From: Vicugna vicugna | Lineage: Eukaryota | DNA: 64,000 bases | Direction of reading: 5' to 3' | Assembly: GCA_013265495.1 (NCBI GenBank) | Contig: MU058824.1 | Span: 2,135,111 to 2,199,110, forward strand | Part shown: positions 35,460 through 47,116 of the stretch, piece by piece | How positions within the stretch are numbered: position 1 is the first letter of the stretch | Layout: the number at the start of each line of letters is the position of its first letter | Position numbers and translations under genes: made by a program | Notes under the pieces: model-generated | The model's input: the letters and a program-made list of their open reading frames with translations, nothing else | Told to the model about the DNA's origin: nothing | Database searches by the model: none

Positions 35460-37049
35460 CCGTCTATATGATGCGGAGTAGCGCACAGCTTAGAGAGGAT
35501 GAAGGCTAGGCTTCTGCCCTCTCGCGGTAAACTTCTCCAGTTTGCTCAGGCCAGGGAGGGCTCCAGGTGGCTCCCAAAACCTCCGGGGGCAGCCTAGCAG
35601 GCCCTTCCCCTGGTGGGGCGTGAAGGCTGAGAGAGATGAGTGCCGGGGGGTGGTGCGCTGGGTGAGCGCGTCTGCCGGGGAAGGGGCGGGCAGACGCGAC
35701 CGGTTCGCTCTGCGATTGTCCGAGTTCCTTTCCTGCCAGCCCCCTAAGGCCATATTCCGGCCTCCCCCGAGACTGCTTGCGGCGGCGGCCCCGCAGGTCT
35801 GGGTTCGCTTTGTAGTCATTCGCGGGGAGGCCTTGGACCTGTCCCTTCACAGTTGCAAGCCCTCAATTTTCTCCTCTGTGAATCGGGAGCAGGAGAGCAT
35901 GTGCAGATCTCGGGGGCCCTTTCTACCCTTAGGATTTCGGGCCTTGATGCCAACTCCAGAGGCTCCGGCCAAGACGCAGCTTTCCGCGGGGCTGCGAGTG
36001 CAGGGCAGGGCGGAGCGAGGCGCAAGAGCGCGGGCGGCTGGCCTTCAGGGGTTTTAGTCGCGTTCTTCCTGGCGGTGAGCTCCGGGCAGGCTCAGCCTCG
36101 CCAAGTATTGGGCAACTGCCTTCGGAAAAAAGAGGCAAAAAGTCCAGGTCCTCGCTCCGCCGACCTGAGTGTGGAAGCAGTTGAACAGTTTGCATGAAGA
36201 CATTCCTCGGCGGATTCGAGCACTTATCCCGAGGGCTGAGGGCTTTTCACTCGCTCAACGAAACTCCCAGCTTCCTTCTTCCAAAGTAATGAAGATGCGA
36301 AAACCCAGGTTTCTTCTTGTTACTTTTTTTCAAAGGGAAATAAAAAGTTTAAAATTTCAACTAGATTTTATAGCAGTCTTTTAAAACTGGATTTTGTGGT
36401 TTTCTATTTCCAAGGTTCGGGTTTCCAGATGTTAGATTTGGGGACCACTATCCTAATGTGAATCCGTAAATCAAAGAACGTGATTCTGTAATTCTAAGAT
36501 TCCATGACCAGACATTAAATTATTTCACTGATTATGTTCCTGTGACTTTAAGCATCTAGTCAAAGTGTAAAAGCGTATTCCTCATATTTTCAGATACTAG
36601 GAATAAGATTTTTGTGCTAGAAACTATGATGCCGCTATTGGGAGTTGCAGCTTCTCTAGGTTTTAGACATTTTTGCAGCTCTAAGGTATACATTACTTAA
36701 TTTGAATTTCAGTCTAGGAATGTCTGATTGGAAGATTTGGGTCCTAAAAGTCCACGACTCTCGTCTTCTTTAATTCCAAAACATAGGTATTAGATCCACT
36801 ATTCAGTAATATAAATAATCTAATTCTAATAATTCTTATGATATTTGTAACCATATGCTTTAATGACTTTATGACTCTCTACTTTTAAATTCCATGTCTC
36901 AGGATATCTTGAGCTTCATTGTTTTGTGTCTGTGGACACATTCTTTTAGAAATCTGATTCCTTTTTTGAAACTTTGCAGCTATTAAGCTGTACCTGTGCA
37001 TCAGACTAAGTCTTAGCATACTGAGATTAGCATTATAAAGAGCATGATC

Positions 37050-37120
37050 ATAGATGTGTATATATATAACTTTATGCCCGAAACTAACACATTATATATC
37101 AACTATATGTCAATAAAAGA
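37050..37120 (+). mobile_element. Very short L1 3'-end insertion
   Basis: cccgaaactaacacattatatatcaactatatgtcaataaaa flanked by similar aaagagcatga / aaagatcatga. Confidence 0.65.
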
Positions 37121-40100
37121 TCATGAGTCTAAGATTTTCATGAACAAAGGATCCTAAAAATTCTATTCCATAAATGTTTTATTCTAATAATACATTTCAA
37201 AGTTCTGTGAATCTATGATGTAAAATTTGAATTAAATGATTTGAGTTAACTGGGACGTTTTACCCGTTTGGATCAAAACTATACATAGAGATCCCCCCAA
37301 TGCCAGACCATTTCCCTGATTTTCTCTTGTCCAGTCTTCCCCCTTCTCTGCTTCAGTGCTCCTTAATGTATATAGGGTAACAGACCCCACTGAGAGCCAT
37401 TTGAAAGCTACGGGGTGGGTTCCAGTTCCTTGGATGATTCTTCTGTTCCAGCAGGGGTGGGCTGGTGTTGTGCCTGCCTTCAGCCCTGCATGTATCCTCC
37501 GTGACTTTTTGGAAAAACCTGCCCCCTCACAGGCTATTTTATGTTCAGTTTTTTGCGGGGGATGAGGGAAGGAGTGCTGATGATCTGTAGAAAATGCTGG
37601 CAGACCTTCCTCAACTATTTTACTGAGTTTTGAAGTGTCTTTGGAGGGTTTTGTAAATATAAAGGAGGGGATCCAGGGAGTCCTGGAAAATTCCTCCATA
37701 TCCCTTGACCCAGATGCCCCTTCATGCAAATGCAGAGGTAGCTCCTCCCCCTCCCTCCAACACACATACCCCTTAAGGAAATCTTGGAAATTCTATCTGA
37801 AATTTCCAGGAAGGAAACTAGGCTCAGACTGCTGAAGGGACTTGCTTAAAGTCTTGCAGAGGAGATTCTACACTGAGAGGGAAACTCAGGTGTTCTGGCC
37901 CCTCTGTCTTTTCCTGAGTTCTCAGAGCCTCACTTGTGCTTAATGGCCTGGCCTGGGCCAGTCTCCTTACAGGGTGACAATGGAAACCCCAGGCCCAGAT
38001 GCTTGCAAATCAGATCCAAGAATCTCAGTACAGGGGGAACATAGTGACCTCTGTGTGGGTTACTCTGAGACAATCAGGTTAGTGGGCTATATGGCCTCAG
38101 AGTACCACAAAGGGGGTGGGTCCTTTGTCACACTCAGCCCAGCCAATGGTCACAGCAGTGGCATGGAGTGAGAGCTCTGATTATAGCTAGCTCATTACTG
38201 GCCCAGCAGCTTTGAGCCATCTGCTGCCCTTCTTAGGCCCCAGTTTCCCCATCTGTGAAGTGGAGGACTCCCTACCTGCCCTCCCTCTTCCAGGGAGTAG
38301 AGAGGATGGAGTGGAGCACATCGCCAACCTGTGATCGTTTTTTTTGTCTTTTAAGTTGTTTTCAGGGTGAAACTTTGTTGTGAAAAAAAAGACAAGCTGG
38401 GGGGAAAATTCAAGTCTTTCCCACTCATGGGCGGACATTCATCAAAATTCAAGTCTTATCTTCTCAAAGAAGTAGCGGTTGATTAAAGTAAAATGTTTTC
38501 TGCCCGCCTAGCAGGGAGTATGTGAGTGTGTATGTGTGTTTGTGTATGTTAAATGGTGATTCCAGTTTTCGAGATCTGCGTGGATGTAGACTTGTTCTGT
38601 TCCTACCGAGGTGTGGGGACCTCAGAGCTTGGTCAGGGCAATGCAGCTATTAGCGCTTTCTTGCCATTGGTTCAGTTAAACACTGTGAATAGAGAATTAT
38701 CATCACCCCGGGACCCGGCTGAGAAACTGGAACCCAGAGAGGGGAGCCTTCTTCCCATCACGCTGCTTAGCTTGCACCCTGCCAGCAGCCTCCTGGCTCA
38801 CCTCCAGGATACTCCCAGTACCTGCCTCGGAGCCGGAGCCGTCTCCCAACCCTGCCCTCTGGTCCCCAGAATGGGGAGTTCAGGAATCGGCTGTGACCTC
38901 CAGGAGCTCCAGTGGCTGCGGTGAAAAAGGCAAGCCGACTCGGAGAGGACGGGGACTTGTCCCACCCCGCACACTGAGTCCCGGATGGAGCTGAGCCTGA
39001 GCCCGGACCTCAACTTTGCCCCCGCCCCCAGGTTAGCTCCTCCACGTTTTCTCTGGCGCTCAGTGAGCATTCTGAGCCGAGAAATGCTCAGACCTAGCCA
39101 GGCCACCGGGTAGGAGAGAGCTGGGCTGTGGCGGTGGGCTCTCCCAAGAAAGACTTGGCCCCCAGCAGAGGTGGTGAGGACTGGACCCAGGAATTTTCAG
39201 CGAGGCCAGCAGGTGCACCTCGATTAGATTCTAACACCTGGGGCACAGGAGCGACCGTCTGGGATCGTAGGAGCCCTCCGGATTTCTTGGCTTTTCTGAG
39301 CTCTATCCAGGGCTTTGGGACTCCGAGAAGCCCGGAATTTGTGCAAAACACCGTGACTCTTCATTTGGGCAACAGAGTTCATGGTTTGCAAGACAATCTT
39401 AAAAGGGCCAAAATGCACTAGCCTGGTTGGCCAGGCTCAGCCCGGAGCCCCAGGCTTCTGATTCGAATCCTTGCTGCCTCTTCTGGCCAGCACCGTGGCC
39501 AGCAGGGCGGCTTGCCCCGAAGCTCAGTCCAGGCTCCTGGGGTGGGGGTAGGGGTGGGGACGGGGTGGTTAGAGCTTGATAGAGTTCCTGCTGCCTCAGG
39601 CAGGTACCAAGCCCAGCTGGCTGGTTGCTCGGTGCCCACAGCGCCACACTTGTCCTCAGACACACGCACGGGCAGCCCACCTCTCCTCTGGCCACTTTCT
39701 TTCTGGCTTTTCTGGCTCTCTTTTTCTGTCTCGAAGCCTCTGAATGTGTATCTTTCTGTCTTGTCCACTGTCCTTTTGTCTCTTTGTATGAATCAGCCTG
39801 TATGTATCTTCCCTTTCTGGGCACATGTTCCCGAGTCACTCGCAAAGAAAGCCCACACATTCTTGCCAGGGTCGGGCTGCCTGTACCAGCCTCTTCCCTC
39901 CCAGAGGATGGTGCCGACAACGGCAGGACTGGGACAGACACACGTTCACGCAGGAGGACGCTGGAGCAGGTGTAAGTCCTGATCTTCAGTCTTTCTGCCC
40001 AAGTACCTCTGGAGCCCTCAGCTACCTCAGCTCTGCTGAGCCTGCCTCAGGGAGAGGGGAGCACAGGGTTACACACGCCAGCCTTCTGGACAAATCTAAG

Positions 40101-42559
40101 GGTCCAATCAGTCTTCCCCAGCAGGGCCCTCCTGCTGTCTGTCTCTGCACAAACTGGGCTACTTGACTGTTCAAAGTCCCTCAATGGCTCCCCTAACTCC
40201 AGGGCAGTTCAGGGCCCTCCCTGCACAATGGAGCACCTCTCCACCACCTTGGTCTTCCCTGTTCCCAGCTTCAGAGGACTCCCCACCAAATCTTCTCCAG
40301 TTCTCTTGCATAAGTTCTTACCCTCAGCCTAGAAAAGCTGGTCCCCCTCCCACCTCAGCTCAAATGTCTCCTCTTCTGGGACGTCTTCCCTGATCTGCCT
40401 GAGTAAGTCAAACACTCCCTCTTTGGGCCTGCCCCAGCAAGTTTGGATTTTAGCACTTGTCACACATTTTTGTGATGTAGTAATTTGGTTATGTGACTGT
40501 CTCTGTTCTTCTCTGGGCGCTCCTTGATGGCAGGAAGTGTGGCTTCCTGCAACTGGGCACCTAGGTCACCAGCACAGGGCCTGGCCCAAGGAACAATGTG
40601 GCCCTGCTGTGAGAGCCAGTTACTGAGAATCATCCAGTTCTGGGTCATTTCCTGTCTCTAGTTCTTCCCAGCTGTGCAACCTTCAGCCACTTAAATTCAC
40701 TCTGAATCTCAGCTTTTCTATCTATAAAATGGGGATAATACTAATGTCATAAGATAGTTGTGATGGTTGCTTATATTAACTGCAAACACATGTAAAACTC
40801 TTCTATGTGTAGACACTGTTTTAAGCACTTTACATACAATAAATTCACTAACATATCAGGAGACCTGGGGGCAAGTCTCAGGCCTGTTACTAACTGGGCA
40901 TTGGGGGCACATCCAGGAGAATAGGCAGAGCACTGGATCTGGAAGGCATGATGACTTGATATGCCATCTAGGCAGGTGGGCAGCTGCAAAAGAGCCCGGA
41001 AGCAGGGGTCTCACATGTGGCAGACCGGGCCTGAGGGAAGGTTCAGACTCAGAACAGCATCTTCTATGCTAGGTTCAGGTATGGAGGGCACTGGGTGGAC
41101 GATCCTGGGGCCATCTTGGAGGCAGTCTGGCTAACTTGGCGCTGCTAGGCTGCAGTCTGACAGTCTCTCAGGGGCAGCCTCTCTCCCAGGTGTCCTGGAA
41201 ACTTAGGGCTTTGCACCTGGTTTCTGTCCAGGCAGATCTGGCCCAGCCTTTTGGCAGGAGGTTTGGGGAAAGCTTCAGCGTTGAGCTGGGCATATTCAGA
41301 AGCATATTCTTCAGTCTTGAAGCCATCCATACACTTACTACCCAGTAGGGTAGGACTGCAGAGGCCATGGGGCTGATTAGGGGATCTGGGCTTACCTTCC
41401 TGACTGGGTTTAGACATACTCCTGGCATAGGGAAGAGGCGAGAGACTGCTCCTGGGATCCCTTTAGGGGACCTCACCTTAGTGGGTGTTGTATGTGGCTC
41501 TTTGTCTTCCCTGAGCCCTGGCCAGGCCAAGCTGGCCCCAGGTGGTGGGACCAGATGGACTATTAGAACTTAGCTCTGGGTCAGTGGGATAACACAACAG
41601 CTTCTATCTGCAGGCTTCTATCACTTTTCCCCCCAAGTTCTAACTTTCTCATAGACAGGCTACTATTTCCTGCATGCAGTTTGTGGCGCTGCCTCTGATT
41701 GTCAGGGCATTTGCTGGCCAGAGATGATTGACATTAGCTTTACCCAGTGAGTGAGTAAGACAGTCCGAGCTCAGGTAAGCAGCTCAACCTCCTTCTCCAG
41801 GTTTACTTTGCTTACCGCCTCCTAGTACTCCTCCCTTGGGAAGTGGCTTTCTGTCATTTATGGAATTGAAATAACCTAAGCAGACTAACAATGATGAAAG
41901 GAAAGAGTGTGTCCTTCACACCACACCTTAGCTCTGTTCAGCATTTTGTCAGTGATTTAGAAGAAGGCATAGAAGACAAGCTGATTGGGCTAGTGGCTGA
42001 CCACGCTGAGGTGCTGATGCTGGTAGCTGACAGATGCAAGGCTCAGAATAATCACCAGGTAGGGAGACCGAGCCAAAACCAACAAGAAGACATTTGAAAA
42101 ACTGCCATGAAAACATCATAACACGACAGGAGACAACAGGAAGAAAAAAGTCACCCACATGCCAACTACCTATCATTCATCTACTAGGGTTTTCTCTGTT
42201 CTGTTTTTTTTCCTCCTTTGTGTTCTTTTGCATACACACGTACGTTTCCATGGTGTAACCATAGTGTATGTACAATTCCATTGTCTTTATACACAGTGCA
42301 TTTGCATTATTTTGTAAACATAACTATGTGTTGCATCTTACCTCCCATTTTTCATCTGTAATTGGGAATAAAATGGCGTAGTGTTGATTTAACCCTTTCA
42401 CAGTAGCTGGGCAGTTAGGTAATTTCCAGTATCTTTGATATAGGTGATGCTGCTGTGTGTTTGTATAAAGTGCTTTGTATTTCTTTTGAACCCTTCTTAA
42501 GACAAATTCCTAAGAGATTTATGGGGCCAGGAACATTTTTGCTTCTTAATATAGTGCTA

Positions 42560-43435
42560 CCAAATTGTCTCCAAGGACCTCTTGCAACTCACCACAATCA
42601 AGATAATTAACATATCTATCACTCTTCAAAGTTTCCTCATGCCCCTTGTGATGGATTCATCTATCCCTCTGCCCCTACAGTCCCCACCCTGCAGTATCTG
42701 CAGGCAATTACTGATCTATTGATGTCACTATAGACTAGTTTGCATTTTATGGAATTTTATATAAATGGAATAACAGTGTATTTATTTTTGCCTAACTGTT
42801 TTCATCCAGCGTAACTATTTTTGATACTCATCTATGTTGTGATATCAATAGTCAATTCCCCTTTTTTTTTCTAAGTAGTATTCTGTTATATGGATATACC
42901 ATAGTTTCTTTATCCATTCACTTGTTTTTGCTTTTGTTTTTTTAGTTTTTCTTTCTGGTGGGGAGAGGTAATTAGGTTTATTTATTTATTTATTCTTAGA
43001 GGAATTTCTGGATATTGAACCCAGGACCTCCTGCATGCTAAGCATGTGCTCTACCACTTGAGCAATATCCTTCCCGCTATCCATTCACTTGTTGATAGAC
43101 ATTTGGGTTGTTTCCATTTTTGGCTCTTACACACAAGCTGCCGTAAATAGTCCTGTACAAGTCTTGCATGGCTCTGTTCTCATTTCTCTTCAGTAGATAT
43201 CCAGGAGAGGTGTATCTGGGTCAGATTGTAGGCATATGTTTAAATTTTTAAGAAGTTACCAAACTGTTTTCACAAAATGGCTGTATTTCTTTTATTTCTA
43301 CTAGCAGTAGATGAGAGTTTTGATTGCTCCACCTCCTCACCAAAACTTGATTAGTGCAGCCTTTTAAATTTTACCCTTTTTATATAGTGTTATCTCATGG
43401 TAGCTTTAATTTGCATTTCCCTCATGACTGATATT
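42560..43435 (-). mobile_element. Old L1 3' fragment
   Basis: gaattttatataaatggaat, gatagacatttgggttgtttcca and ttaatttgcatttccct. Confidence 0.8.
42927..43077 (-). mobile_element. tRNA-derived SINE (Vic-1-like) with a 16-bp TSD
   Basis: TSD tatccattcacttgtt at 42911-42926 and 43078-43093; body gaacccaggacctcctgcatgctaagcatgtgctctaccact. Confidence 0.9.
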
Positions 43436-44419
43436 ATGTTTATAATCTATTGCTGTAAGCCACAAAATTAGTGGCTTAAAACAGCAAACATTTATCATCT
43501 CACTGTTTCTATGGGTCAGGAATCTGGGTATGGCTTAGCCTGGTATAGTTAGCAGAACTGAGCTTAAAGTTGCTTTGTAGTAGTGCTAGATGTGGGAAAA
43601 TTGGAGAGAAGAAAAAATGAAAGAACAAAGGATTGGAAAAGTGGACAGAATTGTCAGACTGTAGTTTTCCTGCTGGATGGAGGGGTTTGTATTTTCCTGA
43701 TGATTCTGGGAAGCTGAACATTTGTTGAGCAATATACCTGTATCATGCTTTGAATAGGAGTTACACATATGTTAGTCCATTTAATCAATCCCCAGAACAG
43801 TCCCATTTCACAGATTTAGAAACTGAGATCTGAAAAGTTCATGTACCTCAGGCCATATACCTGAGATGGATTTGAAGCCCCCTGTTTCCTGTCAAAGCCC
43901 ATAGACTTTCATTGTAGTACCTTAGTATATTCCCATGTTATTACACTTCTAACCTTGCCTCACAGTGTCCTTTGCTTCTGGGGCCCATGAGACCTGTCAT
44001 CACTCACTGGGTTCTTCTCAGGATTGAGCAGTGTTGCAAAACCTCCCCGCATCCCCTAGTCTAATAGGCTTGAGTGGCTGCTGTAAGGCTGATTGACCTC
44101 AGTCAGTGAAAAGACAGTAGATCTTTGCTGGCTATCTCCATGAATGATATCTGCCTTATAACGGGAGGGTCACTGGAGGCCCAGCTTGGGATGTCTTCTG
44201 CCCAGTCAGCACCCCCTAATTCAACACCCCTGGACACAATAAATCTTGGATGCGAAGCTGCTTCAAGTTTTAGCTCCAAGTGGTGAGTGAGTGTATGACC
44301 CAGCCACCCAAGATGGCTGTCCTCTTGCTCTCTGTACCTCACCTGCTAGTCCCTGCTTTACCTACATCTACTCACATGACTGACCTGCCCTCTTAATCAT
44401 AGTGCCTAATCAGTAAATA

Positions 44420-44940
44420 CCTAGGTACTTGCCCCGGGCCCTAGGTGGTGGTTGTTCTAATCTTTAGATCAGATGTCTCCACTAGGACAGTTTGTCAAAG
44501 TGGCAGTAAGGGGCGTGTTCCTCTGCCTGTTTCCCTGGTAACCAATGAGCCAACCTGATGTCAGTTCTGTCTATAACTAGTAACTTCCCTCTCCCAGAGG
44601 CAGTGAAGAGGACTGCTGCCGTGTCCTGCCTGCCGTCTGCTGTCCACATCCATGGTAGGGTGTCACCCCAGGAACCTTTTGTAAGATCCCCTGTCCAAGA
44701 AACCATTGCGTCTCTGTGGCTGTCTCTGGGTTCTTTCTTCGGTCTTGAGGCTGAACACGTACAGGGCTTGCATGCCTGCAAGATGCAGCCCAACAGTGGG
44801 TTTGAGGAGGTCCAGCCTCAGTTTTTCCAGCTATCAAATGGAGGGGGGAGATTTGGTTGGCTAGATTGGTAGTTGTTCTTACCCCCACAGAAGAGACGAC
44901 TACAAAGTATCCTCCAGTGCTCATGAGCACTAGGCATTGT
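44420..44940. mobile_element. Probable ERV/ERVL solo LTR remnant
   Basis: CCAAT followed by TATA-like ctataa and LTR-like downstream sequence; family not identified. Confidence 0.35.
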
Positions 44941-45269
44941 CTATTGATTGAGTCATTCACAAGGCTCACATACATTATGTATGACTACTTTTTAAGTCTG
45001 TGTTAAGTTGCATCATAAATAAAATGCAAATTCATTTAAAGATGTCACTTAAGTTTTGGTCATTTTCTGGACATGAAATTTATCACTCAGGATTTACTAA
45101 AAAAATGTGGCTACCCTACATGTATGTGTGCCTGTTGTGAGAACTGTGGAATTTATAGCTGTTAAGAAAATTATCATCACACTCAGAACAATCGAAAAGC
45201 TCTAAGAGATTCTCTACAATCTCGCTAGCCAGATGGAGTAATAATAAACATATTTAACAAACAGTATGT

Positions 45270-45580
45270 TGTTTAATGAATATAAAGTTACAGTTACACA
45301 ACGTGAATAAGTTATAGAGATCTCCCGTAGGTCATCGTGCCTATGGTTAACAATAAGGTGTTGTGCACTTAAAAATTTGTTAGGAGGGTAGATCTCATGC
45401 TAAGTGTTCTTATAACACACACAAAAAGGGACGCAATGAATCTTTTTGAGGTAATAGATATATCTGTTACCTTGATTGAGGTGATAGTATCATAGGTATA
45501 AGCAATATCCAAACTCATCAAAACATATGCATTAAATATATGTAGTTTTTTATGTATCTATTATACCTCAATAAAGCCTT
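45270..45580 (+). mobile_element. L1 (L1MA/MB-like) 3' end
   Basis: aaaatttgttaggagggtagatctcatgctaagtgttctta...ttatacctcaataaagc. Confidence 0.8.
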
Positions 45581-47029
45581 TTTTTTTTGGTTAAAGAAAC
45601 CAAACCAGTAAGTCAAGGGTGTTGACCAATCAGATTGTATGTGTTGGAATAAGTGGCCAATTAGAATGTAAGCCTGGTAGGACAGTACCCTGCTCCCCTG
45701 CTGTTTCAGACTTTAACCCATTAGTTGCAGAATCTTGGGGGCTTTCCAGGGGATCCTGGGGAAGGGCTGAGAGAACCAGGACAGCTAGGGGCATGGGTAG
45801 GGGTGGCGATGGGGCCTCAGGCAGTGGTTATTTGTCTGTGGGGCATCACAGTATTTCAGTATCTCAATGTTCAGAGATTGCATGCAGATCAATTTCCCAG
45901 CTGCTTCAAGGAGCTGACGTACGATGCCTGGACACGGGCTTGGACTCCTCCTTCCTGTACAGCTGACTCTCCATGGCTACAAGCCCACCTGGTCTCAGTG
46001 CACTGCACCCTTCTTCCCCAAATTTGACTTAAAAATGCTCCATCGTGCTGGGCAGTTTTCCACCCAGATGGTAAACTTGTGACCCTCCAAATCTAGTTTT
46101 GGTAGAATGAGTTCATCTCCTCACTGCCTGTGTACAAGCAAGCTGTGTAAAGGGAAGGAGGCAGAATTTGGAGTCAGGAGTTGGTTCTGGGTCCACATCT
46201 CATCTGTACTTTTTTCCCTCCATAAGCCCCCTGGGGCAGGTCAGTAAATGGGGAAATGACATCTGTCCTGTCCTCTTCATAAGGCTATGCTGAGGTTTGA
46301 ATGAGAGAAAGGAGGGGAAGTGTTTTGCAAACTATAAAGTACGCTGCACACGTGAGCAAGTCTCTGTTTCATGCACGGAAGGATTTGACTGTTGAGAATG
46401 TTGCTTGCCTGCTTCTGATTGAATCAGGGACAGATCTGCCATTCATTCATTCATTTATTTATTTTTGTATAAAACTGCAAAACTCCACTGAGAGAATTTT
46501 AACAGTCACATTTCCAACACAAGAACAGCCTGCATGGTTACAGCCTGTCTTCGTTTAAACCTGTGGTTGCCCTTCGCCTGCTTCTGGCATTTTAATGGGC
46601 TCTGGATTTGGTAGTGTCTTCCCCGTGACATCAGGACCAACTCCACGCTCACGCCCAGTCCCTGGCTGAGCCAGTTCCTGTTGATTAGCTTCCAGGGCAG
46701 GCTCTTGAACTGCAGATGCTCCTTCATCTTTTTCTGTTGACCAGGTGTAATGTCCTAACTTTTAGTTGGTGGCTCCCTTTGTTGAGGTTGCTTATCGTGG
46801 TGGGCAACCACAGGCACAACTGGCTTGAAACATTCTTGATCATAACGTCTTCCCGTAGGTCTGAATGTTGACTTTATTCTCCGACTCATATATCCCACTG
46901 GAGTCAAGGAGAAAGAGCCCAGACCGTGAGACACAGCTTTGCACCCAGCTTGTTTATTTTTAATTTAATTTTTTAGAAATAATAGCTTTATTGAGATATA
47001 ATTCACATGGCATAAAATTTTCGCCATTG

Positions 47030-47116
47030 TTTTTTAATGGAAGTACTGGGGATTGAACCTAGGACTTCGTGCATGCTAAGCCTGGGCTCTACCACTGAGC
47101 TATACCCCCCCACCCC
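47030..47116 (-). mobile_element. tRNA-derived SINE (Vic-1-like, short form)
   Basis: gtactggggattgaacctaggacttcgtgcatgctaagc...ctctaccactgagctataccccc. Confidence 0.88.

Larger units (their letters stand above)
32630..36240. promoter_or_regulatory. Large CpG island over the FOXE1 gene and promoter
   Basis: Very high GC and CpG density, dropping abruptly to AT-rich sequence near 36300. Confidence 0.92.

Noticed and set aside
32821..36200. Many long overlapping ORFs on both strands around FOXE1 (e.g. 33482-34393 +, 33259-33894 -)
   Set aside because: Expected in very GC-rich DNA with few stop codons; Arg/Pro/Gly-rich with no recognisable domains.
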